DNA from: Perkinsus chesapeaki ATCC PRA-425
Taxonomy: Eukaryota > Protista > Perkinsozoa
Reading direction: 5' to 3'
DNA: 64,000 bases
Assembly (NCBI GenBank): GCA_013115145.1
Contig: JAAPAO010000073.1
Location: forward strand, 1 to 64,000
The notes below the pieces were generated by a model that saw nothing but the letters and a program-made list of their open reading frames with translations, had not been told where the DNA came from and made no database searches. Both the position numbers and the translations under genes were made by a program. This document shows, in pieces, positions 53,173-64,000 of this stretch (position 1 is its first letter; the number at the start of each line of letters is the position of its first letter).

Positions 53173-53310
53173 GTGATGTCAATGGCTCTCTTAAGGCAGA
53201 TTGATTCCACGACTGTCGGGCGAGGATCGACTTCCTACTAGGCGGCTAACCTTCCGGATATACTTAATATTGTGTTGTTAACCTAGTGGAGCTGCTACTG
53301 GCTTTATGAG

Positions 53311-53463
53311 AGCACTGTTTGCTTGTTTGGGTCCTGAGCTTATACGTTCTCTTGACTCATTTCACAGTGCAATAATAACAATGGCGAGAGAGTTAGCTAG
53401 ACTTCATGCTGGAAGGCTTTGGTCTTATTGTGCATAGTTTAGTGTTACAGCTCGTTTACATTT
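53311..53463 (+). ncRNA. Candidate box H/ACA snoRNA
   Basis: Hairpin gcactg...cagtgc, H box ATAATA (53372-77), hairpin ggcgag...ctcgtt, ACA (53458-60) three nt from the end. Confidence 0.55.
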
Positions 53464-53468
53464 AAAAA

Positions 53469-53570
53469 GTATCATGATGATAACAAGGCTCCCTCTTCTG
53501 CCTTGCCTCGTAGTAGGCTTAGTGTGGAGATACTTGCTAATCATTATCGAACCCCTTTGTTTTCTGACAC
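53469..53570 (+). ncRNA. Candidate box C/D snoRNA (SNORD100-like guide for SSU rRNA)
   Basis: C box ATGATGA (53474), guide AGGCTCCCTCT complementary to conserved SSU AGAGGGAGCCU, D'-like CTGC, C' GTGGAGA, D box CTGA (53564). Confidence 0.7.
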
Positions 53571-53580
53571 CTCTAGCTGT

Positions 53581-53659
53581 TGCTAATGATGATAGTCGGT
53601 ACATCTCAGACCTCTTAGTGTGACGAGATACCTTTTCTTTTCACCTTTCCACTGAAGCA
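53581..53659 (+). ncRNA. Candidate box C/D snoRNA (LSU rRNA guide)
   Basis: Terminal stem tgct/agca, C ATGATGA (53586), D' CAGA, C' GTGACGA, guide TTCTTTTCACCTTTCC complementary to LSU-type GGAAAGGUGAAAAGAA, D CTGA (53652). Confidence 0.75.
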
Positions 53660-53678
53660 TCATCATTATTCCATATAA

Positions 53679-53811
53679 CGGGGAAAAGCTCGTTCACGGA
53701 TACCTGTTCCGTAGAGTCGTGACTGTCTCCGAATAGTAACGGTCAATCGCCAGGGCATAGCGACTTCTTGATTAATCAGGATGTTGCTTTATTTATGCGA
53801 GTCCTACAACT
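53679..53811 (+). ncRNA. Candidate box H/ACA snoRNA
   Basis: Hairpin cgggga...tctccg, H box ATAGTA (53733-38), second long hairpin, ACA at 53806-08. Pocket geometry is not clean. Confidence 0.4.
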
Positions 53812-54164
53812 TAACATATCTTCATAGTGCGTGAAGCGTATCTTTACGGATGGATACATCTTGGGCGTATGCAATAATAAGTTATATCAGAATAAAGTAC
53901 AGTCTCCGCCGCAGTGCGATAAGGGTATCTTGTAGCCCGCTATTGAAAGGCGCTTGATGTTCCGTGAAGACGAGGAGGAATCTTCATAGTGCGTACTGGG
54001 TATCTTGTCACTCAATAACCCAATACAAGTACTAATAATACACGACTTTCGAATACATCCTTATTAACAAAACCCGTACCTGCAAGTCGACGAAGTAATT
54101 AATATCTAACTCAACAGCATAAAGAATAGAAATGAATAATACAATGATCGTGCAGGCTGCTAGA

Positions 54165-55900
54165 CTACTCTTCTTCTACACCCATCTCTCGACTAAGGGC
54201 ACTATAGAGATCATCAAGGGCAGATCCAGTTGATAAAGGAGAAGATGTCACTATACTGGATACTGGGCTATTAACATCCAACGGCTGCTGCTGTGGTAAG
54301 GTCTGAAAATAATAATAAAAATAACAAGAACGCATACAACATCACTTACCGAACTAGCTTCAGAAGGTCCTGGAGCATTATCCCTGTCCCGCTGAACACT
54401 TGGCTTCGACCTCTTCGCCGGCGGCGGCCCCTTGCCACTAGCTGCCTCCCTCTTAACTCCCCTTCGCTCAGTGGTAGCTGTCGACTTAACATCACTGGTC
54501 ACCGCATCATCATTGCTGCTGCTGCCTGCTGCCTTTATGGAATGTATTAAATTTGCTATCTGACTCCCAAGATTCTTTATCTTATCACTGACTGTCGGTG
54601 CCTTCATTGATTTCTCGCTACTAACCATAGATCCTGTCGGACTGCAAAGTCTAAGAGCACTATTGCCACTCTCCTCCGTGACCCCACTGGTATCGTCCTT
54701 TCCCTTCACAGGACAGCTCCACTTCGAAGCTCGGCCCTTCTGCTTTAGTATCTCATTTCTAGTATCGTTTATCGCTTTATTAATATCTTCATCCCGCTTC
54801 TTCATTCGTTCTTCCTTCTCCTGCTCCGTCTCATTCCTAACTATTTCCACCTGGTCGACGACTCGAGGCTTCCTTCCCCTCTTCCTCTTCGGTGCCCCCG
54901 TTACACTAGAAGTCACAGTAGCCTCGCCAACCGAGGTGGACCCTTCCAAGCCAACCGCCTTCATCGTCCCGTCCGAAGTACCGCTCGATCGCGCTATTAC
55001 CTCCTGAAGGACGTCCCCGTGGAACTCGAGGTCCGGTGGAGGGGCACTCTTCCGAGCTGGCGGCGGCTCACACAATGGTTCAGATAAAACAGAAACTTCC
55101 CTAGCAGAGGAGGTCGCAGGTTCGATCCCCGCATCCGTCGTTGCTGCTTTTTTTCTTCCTTTTAAAGTATTCTTTCCCTTCCGTAGAGGTCGCTTCTTCG
55201 GGCTCTCGGGAGTGTCCGGTGACACAGACAGCACCGTTATGGTGCGGGGCGCCGGTGGAGGCGTCGAAGGCTCCGAATTGCACCTCAGCGGACTGCCGCC
55301 AGCTGACGGTGCTCTTGAAGCTTGAAAGTCAGAGACACTCCGCTCGAAGTAAGCAATGTCCTACACAGACAGACAATAACAACCCTTACTACGCCGCGTT
55401 GAGAAGGAAATGTGGTATGAAAACAAACACCGAAATTACCCTCATCTTCTCCAACTCCTCTAGCATCCTCTCCAATGAAACTTCGTGTACAGGATCCGGA
55501 GGCAGCGACTCCAAGGGCGACCGGAACAAAGGACTGGGATAATAAACTGCAAAAATTTCAACCGGTTTGATGGGACCTACTCATAGGGCCAGACAGAGCA
55601 TGAGTTCACCGCCTGCCAGTAATCCCCTTCCTTGCTGCTGCCGGATACTATAGTAGTAGTCGTTGTTGTAGTTGTTGTCATTGGTAGCTAACTTGACGTA
55701 CCGGAAGCGAAGTAGGAAGAAATAATAAAACAACAACACTCGCAATGAAGATGGTATGGGAGGGCATGCACAACTCAACACTTCAATATCACCACCACCA
55801 TCGGCAGCAGCAGCTGCTGCAATAATCAACTTGATACAACTTGTATAACAACAGCTACTACTATTAATCCCTTCAGCCCTGCTGTCCGGTGTTCCCCTCC
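54165..55900 (-). CDS. Low-complexity, probably nuclear hypothetical protein (NLS-rich, AT-hook-like KRKRGRKPR)
   Basis: Long exon 54330-55340 (PKKRPLRKGK, KRKRGRKPR, PPPAKRSK) flanked by spliceable exons ending ...SREMGVEEE*. The 5' end is uncertain. Confidence 0.55.
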
Positions 55901-55931
55901 TCATTCTCTATTATTGTCTGCTCCAACCGTT

Positions 55932-56841
55932 TCAAGGCTTATCGCCATTCTTAAGCAAACGTGCCAATAATGGTGGTTGCCGTGCTGTTGCCGCTGGAGT
56001 AACTGGCCTTCGATTCCCCCTTATATGCGCCCTTAATCCCCCTGCTCCCCCCGGCCTGACTGTAGGACCACAACCCTGCCTCAACCGAGGCCTAACCCTC
56101 CTGTGGCCGCCGCCGTCGGCGCTGGGCTCCTCCTCCTCCTCTCCAGTCGGTGGCCTTGCCTGCCCGGTAGCCCTAAAGCACTCTACCATATTATCAAAGT
56201 CCTCTCCAGTCTGAAGGGTACGTAAATATCAAAGACTCTATTCAAACGACCTACTGTCAAGGTATCCAACAGTTCCAGGGCTGCCTCGACTGTAGGACGC
56301 TTCTTCCTTCGTTTGCCAGAAGCTGGCTGCAGATAGTCCAAAGGTGACCGGGTTATAGGACTACACAGAAATATTCACAAAAAGCTGCACACTTCGACTA
56401 TTGTAAAAAGCAGCTTCGATGATGTCATCCTACAAACTTCTTTCCATATTTCTTCTACTATTCCCTATATGCTCTAGTCCATAATTATTTTACTATCTCC
56501 AGGATGACACACAATTTAGGTTACACTGTTTAGTCAACGATGTTCCCTAATACCATGCGAGGCCATAGCGTCACTCCATACACCCTGTCCCACTTCGAAG
56601 AATAACACTCCCCGAAGATTGTGTAAAGGAGACACGCCTCTACTGGCGAGGCATCCTGCAGTCCCCTTCCCTACTACTTTTCCTCCGCCAGCCTCGACGC
56701 CTTCCATACACATTCCCAATCACCATCATCCAGCCCCTGTAGCCATCCTTCATCCTCTCCAGCAGCTTCAGAGCCTCCTCCCCCTCCGTCCTCTTCACTT
56801 GCCTGTCGCGCTATACGTGGGCTGCGTCTCCGAGGAGGCAT
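55932..56841 (-). CDS. Multi-exon hypothetical protein
   Basis: MPPRRRSPRIARQASEEDG... | DASPVEACLLYTIFGEC... | GIVEEIWKEVC... | ...SGKRRKKRPTVEAALELL | ...LLKNGDKP* with GT-AG spacers. Confidence 0.5.
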
Positions 56842-57499
56842 GAGAAGGAAAGGAACAATCGACTATCTTGATGGGAACCATCAACAGTATCGAATACATT
56901 ACCAATCGACCGAACCTCCACCACCCCTCCTAGATGCCACCAAGCTCAATAATCCCAAATAATTCCCTAATACATGCGCCCCATTGTTAGTTACTAAACA
57001 CAAAGACGGTACAGAACAGGTGGAGAAACGACGTTGAACAGTGGCAGTATACAGGAAGGATCAGGGATGGGCCTTGAGGCGTCTATGAATCTGATAATTA
57101 CAATTAGTCTTTGCCGTACTACCGATGATGCCTTACAATCCTAACACCTTGATACTTCTTCACATTACTGCTTTGCTTGGCCATTGCACATTGACAGTCT
57201 GGATGGCATACATGCACACGACCTTCCAAAGCCAAATTGAACTGCAATACAAGAAAGAGGAATGTAATAATGCAACACTGAAGAGAAGAAAAAAACAGCA
57301 AAGCAAAAAACGCCTTGCCCGCTACTTTCCTCCATTCAGCTGTATTATGGCATATACTCTTATACATGAATTACAGTATAAACTATACACCCCCTCAGAG
57401 CCTTAGAAAAAGTAATGTGCGGCGGTGGTGGCTTACAACAGAGTGAGTTTTACTACACAATAAACCCTCACACTTCTATACTATACCCCTAGACAAGCT

Positions 57500-58232
57500 A
57501 GTTATACAAAGGTATATTAATTGCACCTCCTCCTCCTCCACCACCTCCTCCAACCCTACTACTTTCTTCCGAAGCTGCCCCCAAGTCCACTGGTATATAT
57601 TAAGCCTATCCCGAACCATACGAGAGAAGAACCTAATAAGAAACATCCACTAGAACAGACCATTACCCTCCACTACTCATTCTGAAGCTCCTCCTGCTCT
57701 TCTTGATCCTCTGCTGTAGGAACCTCTTTACCATACTTATCAGCAAGCTTCTTACATACGCTCAGCTCCTCCTCATTAACCTGCCGCCCCACAGTAATAG
57801 AATAGCCCCAGACTGCCAACAACTACCTTCGGGAGGGTCCATTCTGCTTTATCTGGTATCGTCTCAGGTAGCTTATCGTAATACATATCTTTAAGATTAC
57901 ACCTGCCCATATTCTGCAGGAACGTCTTGTGCTTATCAAACCTAAACCAACAATACTAACCCAGCCACTCACAGTGCCACCCAGGCTGCTGCTGGGACTA
58001 CTTCTCTTTAAAGGTATCATCCTTAATAGCCTTCGGGTTCTGATAGAGTAGATTCTTAGCCGTCTTCCCCTTCCGCCTTCCCTTCGCCTTTGCAGCCCTC
58101 TTGACCCTATTAGTTCGCTTTATCTGCATACTATCAACTGCCACTGCTGTCACCAACAACAGCCAACCCCGTCAACAACTCAACACCCTTGGACTTAATC
58201 CTCAAGCGGCTGCTGGTGGAAATGATCATCAT
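57500..58232 (-). CDS. NOP16: Nop16-like ribosome biogenesis protein
   Basis: Basic N-terminus, FDKHKTFLQN, EEELSVCKKLADKYG and RMVRDRLNIYQWTWGQLRKK match the Nop16 pattern. Both ends are approximate. Confidence 0.6.
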
Positions 58233-58585
58233 CTACGAATGCGAGTGTTAAAGGTAAGTAGATGGCCGAAGCTCTATAATAGTAATAATAACAGATAACA
58301 GGACAGAACAGGATTATCAAAGCCATAATAAAGAGGAGGAGAGGCGACGTTGTTGTTGTTGCTGCTGCTGTTCTCACAAAGGTATTTCTAGTACTCTTCC
58401 TACATCTTAAGAACCTCGCCCAGTTGAATCTGATGACAGACGATGACACTAATGGCCCTGAAACTTCCAAGCGATCCCGAGGCGCAATCTCTGCACAAGT
58501 GGATGAGAACCAACATGACTGCCACTTGGCCTACAGGAGGCTACATTTTACTACTACTACGGAATGAAGTCGAAAGTTGGTCGAG

Positions 58586-61500
58586 TTAAAGGCGATAGAT
58601 AGTCTGCAGCATAGTCGAGTGCAAGTACAGGAGGCTTACCACTAGATCCATTGGTAATCCAAAGAACTGAGCTGGATCCCTACTAATACCAATAATACCA
58701 GAATACATTGATATAACAGCCCGACGTAGTATATTAGACCCTGGCTTCGACATCTGAAAATAATAAAATATCATCATCATCCACCACTTACACCAGAAAC
58801 GATAAGGTAGTAGTATCTTACGCATTTTTCCCTATGTACATAGAACCATAGGTTATCATCCTCATCAAAGCCTTGTTCCCCCTCAATAGCCTCTTTAGCT
58901 AGCATCTGTTCCGCCTCTTCATTCCTTTCCTCCGAGAATAACATATCCAACTGCTGCGATGCTGCCTGTGGTCTACGACGTACAGTCTCATCACTCTCAA
59001 CGTTCTGCTTTACTATGGGCAATACATCATCCCGAACCTAATAATACAGTTGCCATAATGGCTGCCCAAACTAATGACGAGCCCCTATATACGATCGGTA
59101 CTTAACAATGAAGTGTAAGAACGTCTCTGGTCAAGCTCATTACATAAAACGGCTTTGCTCAATTAAAATGCATTATAACTAATAGTTATTTACTATATAT
59201 CAGAGGAGGAGAGTAAATTCTCTTTTCCTGAGGGGGCGGGTTCTGAGGGACCCTTCTTCTTACCACATTGCCCATATTAACCTCCGACAAAGGTTCTGCA
59301 TAACCAAAGGTAACACGTGCTGCCCATATATGCTCCGATAACCCTACCAAAGAGGAGCCACATGAACGAAGGAGAGTGGTCTATCTAACATTACTTTCAA
59401 GCTCTACACGCTGACTTTGGTCAACGAATGGAGTTAGACTATTGAAACATACACTTAATAATACCTATATATCATATCTTAGCGGAGCGAAGCAACATTA
59501 TTATTATTATTACAGTTCTCTGATGCACACCATTGGTTATCCTATTATACAAGGACAATGCCGCTGGCAATGATTCTCCTGTTAACTTCTCAACAGTAGG
59601 GCTCATAAACACACCAGTACCTTAGTGACAATAACATACACCACAGGTAGAAAGATACCTGGACTGAGTCTTAGAGTGCCTGCTTGTTGTTGAAGGACTA
59701 ATCCTGATAGGCTCGATAATGAGCCCTCTTCGGCAGCCAATTCACTGTATGCCTTGCCTGAGAATATATAAAGTATTAGTAAACGTTTAAGTTGGTAAAT
59801 ATAGTATAATAGAGTATTAATAGACAATTAAGTTGATTAGTGTAGTGTAAGCCTTTATTACCTGTAGCATACCTTCCATAGCGCCAAGTAAGCATGAATA
59901 TAAGTAGTACTATAGCTATAACTAAAGTTACCCATCCATTCTCATCCATCTTCATATACCTAATACCACTCTTTCTTATAATCATTCCCAAATATACCCC
60001 CTCCTCTTACAGATTAGACACAAGCAATGTACCATCAACAATCATAAAAGGTACAAGGCAACAGAAGGCCACCATGAAGTTCCAGCCATAGACATGATGT
60101 AGCACTTGAACGTACAGTTGCTAATAATTAGATACCCCACATCACTCACAACTACTATCCTAGCTTACTGTGCTCATGTTAAAGGTGAAGAGTACAGCGA
60201 CACCATAGGCTCCTGTTAGAGCACCACTTGAACGGAAAGCCAACACCAATATAATCGTACCTATCATTAATATATATTTTGCCTACATGGTGAAGGCTTG
60301 TACAAGTTACCAAGTCCAAGAAGGAAGTTGATCTCTGGTATGTAGATGTGCGCCTTCTCCTTAGGATTGGTATTAACGACCTTCACTCTTGGGAATAACT
60401 CTAACGATACAGCCATATTAATAAGACCAAAGCAGCCGGTAATCATAGCTTGCGATGCAATAATGGTAGTTATAGTAGCGAACACCAACATAACCTAAAT
60501 TATACCACATTTCCTCCAAATCATGGCCAAATATACCCCCGTTATTACAATATACAGTGCATTAGGAGTAGCTGACCAGAACGGGTTGCTAGCTGCAGCT
60601 TGAGTGCCTTCAGCTAAGACATATGCTGCTTGACCGGTATAACAGAAGATAAGTGCAGGTAAAACCTACAAAGACGGGGGTAATAGGTATGGGAGTTACA
60701 AAGAGAATATGATATAGGGAGCAACGATGTTATAGTAGGGTACTAAGTGGTACACAAAGTTAAGCAGTGTATAACGTTGTCGTGATACAATAAGCCCACT
60801 GATCCTCCTCTCAGTGGTTATCATATTCAACCCCTATAAAGCATTACTATTAAAATAACGATTACTCCTAATAATACCCCTAACCATTCTCCTATTACCA
60901 GTCCAAACCATGACAGCATGATCGGTCCCCGTCCAAAGTGCCCCATATCAGCGAATAGAGCCTCAGCACCTGTTACTGCTAGGACTACATCTCCAAATCT
61001 CTGGAAGGCACCATAACCGGCGAATGTAGACTTGACCCAGAAATAGTACACATAGTATGGGTTAATAGCATCAACCAGCACCATCCATTCGTTATGGACT
61101 GAAAACAGTGAATAACAATTTACATCGTCGACACGCACACAACCGGCTGTCTCCCCTCAGAAACCCTCGGGGCCTATAATCTCTTCTCGTCACCCAACGC
61201 CGAGAAAATCCACAATAGGAAAAATAGTGGAAAATGCTTGAGAATTTTCGTCCCACTGCGGTGCTACTGTTACTTACTGGTGAGATTATATATACCAACA
61301 CCTCCAATAAGTATGAACCATACCATAGTTATCGGACCATTAGCTATACCAACCTTAGATGGGCCAAGGAATTGGAGAGAATACAAAAGTATAAGCAAAA
61401 TAAGGGTTAGAGGCACCACTAGCTCATGGACCACTTTAATACCACTGGGAGAGAATAACTTATCCGTAGCCAGACCTTCCACTGCACTGAGTACACTTAG

Positions 61501-62730
61501 TGCAGGGGTGATAAGACCATCTCCACACATCATAGCTGCACCAGTGGTAGCTAGTACCTAGTTTGATAGTTAAAGAAGAGAGCGGTATGAGAATGATAGT
61601 ACAGTGCATAAAATAAGTGTCTTCTTCCCACATTTGATCTTGCTTTCGTGGACTATCTTAAGCAGTAAAGAGAATATACCACCTTCACCATGATAATCAA
61701 AACGGAAGGCAACGCCGACGTACTTGATACAGACCTAAGATATTTTTGAGCTCACCTTGGTCCCATCCCCCAGAGACTTACAATAAATATTAATGCCCAT
61801 ACAATAACGCTAAGGACACTCTTAATATCCTCAGCTACCTCTGGTGTGACACCATCAGCTACCACACACTGGTACTTCGACGGAGCATCACTATTGCAGC
61901 CCAAAATGGTGGATAACGTATAAAGTGGTGATGTGCCTATTATACCGTAGATCCTACAGTGATTCTATGACACTCTTCACCTACCAATATCACCGTAAAT
62001 AATACCAAGAGTACCCAGAGACCTCAACAGAAAACTTCTAATAGCATCCCGTCGCTTAGGTCGAGCCTCCCACTGGCTACTACGCTCTCTGGAGAGGGAT
62101 AAGTTAGACTCATCATCCGCATCCTTCTTAGGCACACCCTCTTCTAGATCTAATACAAGCTGATATATAAAGATATATAACATGGGTCTTTACCTTTAAG
62201 TTCTGTACCACCTAGACCACTTTGGCTCCTAAGTACAGTGCCCGCTCGCTCCTTAGACATGCTAGTAAGAGCATTTAGATATCTAAACTCTGTGTAATAA
62301 TATCGTCTATGTGTTTTCCTATTACCCGTAGCCACTTTCCATCCTAGTTCGTCCGGCGTTGACGGTCTGGGTATTATCGTTGAACCTAAGGTGAATCTTC
62401 CATCTGTCAACTCAGATTCGTGTAAAAATGATATTTTTATCGACCCTATATTACCGGTCCCAGAAAACACCTTTGGTGGTCAGTTGCCCACGAACAGTAA
62501 AATAGCCATCGGCGGCTTGAGCATCAATTGCCGACTGAAATAAACAATTACATCTTAGGTTGAAGCGTGCAAGATTCCCGAACCTTGTAGTTTGGGTCCC
62601 TAGGCGGGACTGTTAAGGTATTGGCAGTAACCTGCTTACCGCCCCTAGCTGGCACAGTAAGCGTGTTAATGCTCGTCCGACGCTTCCTAGGAACTGTTAA
62701 TGTATTATTCCCCTGATGTGGGGCACTCAT
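58586..62730 (-). CDS. KUP/HAK/KT potassium transporter
   Basis: [77 protein letters not shown], and C-terminal GTGVF...VTFGYAE...FFGLP. Confidence 0.93.
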
Positions 62731-62787
62731 AATAATAGAGAGCAAAAACAAACTACAAACGCTAGCAAGTCAAGTTGTTAGCTTCAA

Positions 62788-62888
62788 GGATCATGATGAT
62801 GAGCTGTCGATAACTACTGCGCAATATCTTTTGTAAAAAGCGCACGGATTCGTAATCGATCTAACTTCACACCCTGTCGACTGATCTC
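62788..62888 (+). ncRNA. Possible intergenic box C/D snoRNA
   Basis: gatca-TGATGA ... CTGA-tc terminal stem, ~90 nt. No rRNA target recognised. Confidence 0.35.
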
Positions 62889-63109
62889 TAAACTGTAGGA
62901 TCGTTGAATAAACCGAATTTTCCACCCAGAATCTATTCCAGAACTACTTTTTGCACGTAAATCGCGATGCTGGAATCGATTCTGAATTCCAGAATTGGTT
63001 TAATGAACATTGGGTGTGTTTGACATCATTTTCGAAGGGCTTAACTACGAAGCCGGCCTCGAGGTTTGAAGTCTGCTCAATTACCCACACTAGTATCTTT
63101 GCTTGAAGT

Positions 63110-64000
63110 ATGGCCGATCCATCAGAGTCGACATCATCTATGGAAGGTGGTGCTATTCCAGAGGCTACTACCGGCCATAAACCTACTGTTATTGTTGTTA
63201 TAGGGTAATAGGGGAGAGGGTATACGCTATGGGTCCATTGAGGATCCATATGTCATATACAGCTTTCATAAATTCGAGTTGGACTGGAATCGATTGGCCT
63301 AGTAATTACTCAATAACCTAAAGCAAACAAGAATGGACTTAATCCAACAGCACTGGAGTTTGGGCCACTTCCCCTTTGGGGAAGTGGCCCTCTACCTCTC
63401 ATGCCTCTACCTATCAGATGTGGCACACCTTTTTGAATTCGTTGATTTTGTAAAGGATCCATTGCATTTTGTATTACCTTATTAACCATTCAGGATGGCT
63501 GGTGCCGGTAAGAGTACATTCGTTCATCGGTTATACCTTCACTTGGTGGCACAGAAAAAGAGGGTCTATTCGGTTAACCTAGATCCAGCTGTTCGCACTG
63601 TTCCTTATCCGACTAATATTGGTAATACTAGCATCAACCTAAGATACTCCTAACGTAGTGTGTTAGATATCAGAGACACTGTTAAGTATAAGGATGTTAT
63701 GAAGCATTTCGGTCTCGGGCCCAATGGAGCCATCATGACCAGCTTAAACCTGTTTGCTACCAGGTGATAATATCCTTATTACCGCAGCATCTCTTATTAA
63801 GGTTCGACCAGGCGATGGGCCTTATAGACCAGAGGGCTCCTGAGTTGGACTACATATTAGTGGATACTCCTGGGCAAATAGAAGTGTTCAACTGGTCAGC
63901 CAGCGGTACTATTATACTGGACTCGTTGGCTATGACCTATCCCACTGTGACATTGTAAGTAACTGTGTAGCTGGGAATGCTCTATTAAGGGGGGATCAGG
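63110..64000 (+). CDS. GPN1: GPN-loop GTPase 1 (XAB1/Npa3), truncated by the window end
   Basis: [66 protein letters not shown]. Confidence 0.95.
63362..63390. repeat. Perfect 13-bp GC-rich hairpin in the long first intron of GPN1
   Basis: gggccacttcccc-ttt-ggggaagtggccc. Confidence 0.9.

Noticed and set aside
53180-53200. Sense similarity of atggctctcttaaggcag to LSU rRNA helix 69-70 region
   Set aside because: Short, same-sense and imperfect; cannot act as a guide and is probably coincidental 3' UTR sequence.
55101-55135. tRNA-like gaggtcgcaggttcgatccccgc
   Set aside because: Lies within the long coding exon (DAGIEPATS on the minus strand) and has no D or anticodon arms.
59040-59460. Possible minus-strand H/ACA snoRNA cluster
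   Set aside because: The sequence translates as KUP C-terminal exons ([22 protein letters not shown]).

Overview
Gene-dense eukaryotic DNA with many short (about 35-60 nt) GT-AG introns. It is most consistent with a perkinsid/alveolate protist; this is inferred from intron size, composition and a beta-alpha-ordered NAD(P) transhydrogenase. The ORF track fragments almost every gene, so I spliced the models by eye and the outer coordinates of hypothetical genes are approximate. Recognisable genes: three paralogous LpqC/PHB-depolymerase-like esterases, GAMT, a ~8.6 kb secreted adhesin-like gene (cadherin-like + NIDO-like + LamG + myxococcal Cys-rich repeats), NNT, a zinc-ribbon/HIT-like protein, MTHFR, METTL9-like methyltransferase, a membrane RING E3, two frameshifted pepsin-like protease genes, a TLC-domain protein, a small Tim, RPL13A, Nop16-like, a KUP/HAK K+ transporter and GPN1 (runs off the right end). 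Non-coding features: two intact tRNA-Leu genes, one degenerate tRNA-Leu, a candidate mixed C/D + H/ACA snoRNA cluster directly behind RPL13A, a 63-bp tandem array spanning an N-gap, and several long palindromes. The most interesting observations are the esterase family (intronless bacterial-type catalytic exon behind an intron-rich unrecognised N-terminal module, with gene-conversion-like tracts over the catalytic Ser), the snoRNA cluster, the protease+tRNA tandem duplication, a triple calcineurin-type LxVP motif in the KUP N-terminus, a QxHxQ HIT variant and a possible IS4-like transposase relic.
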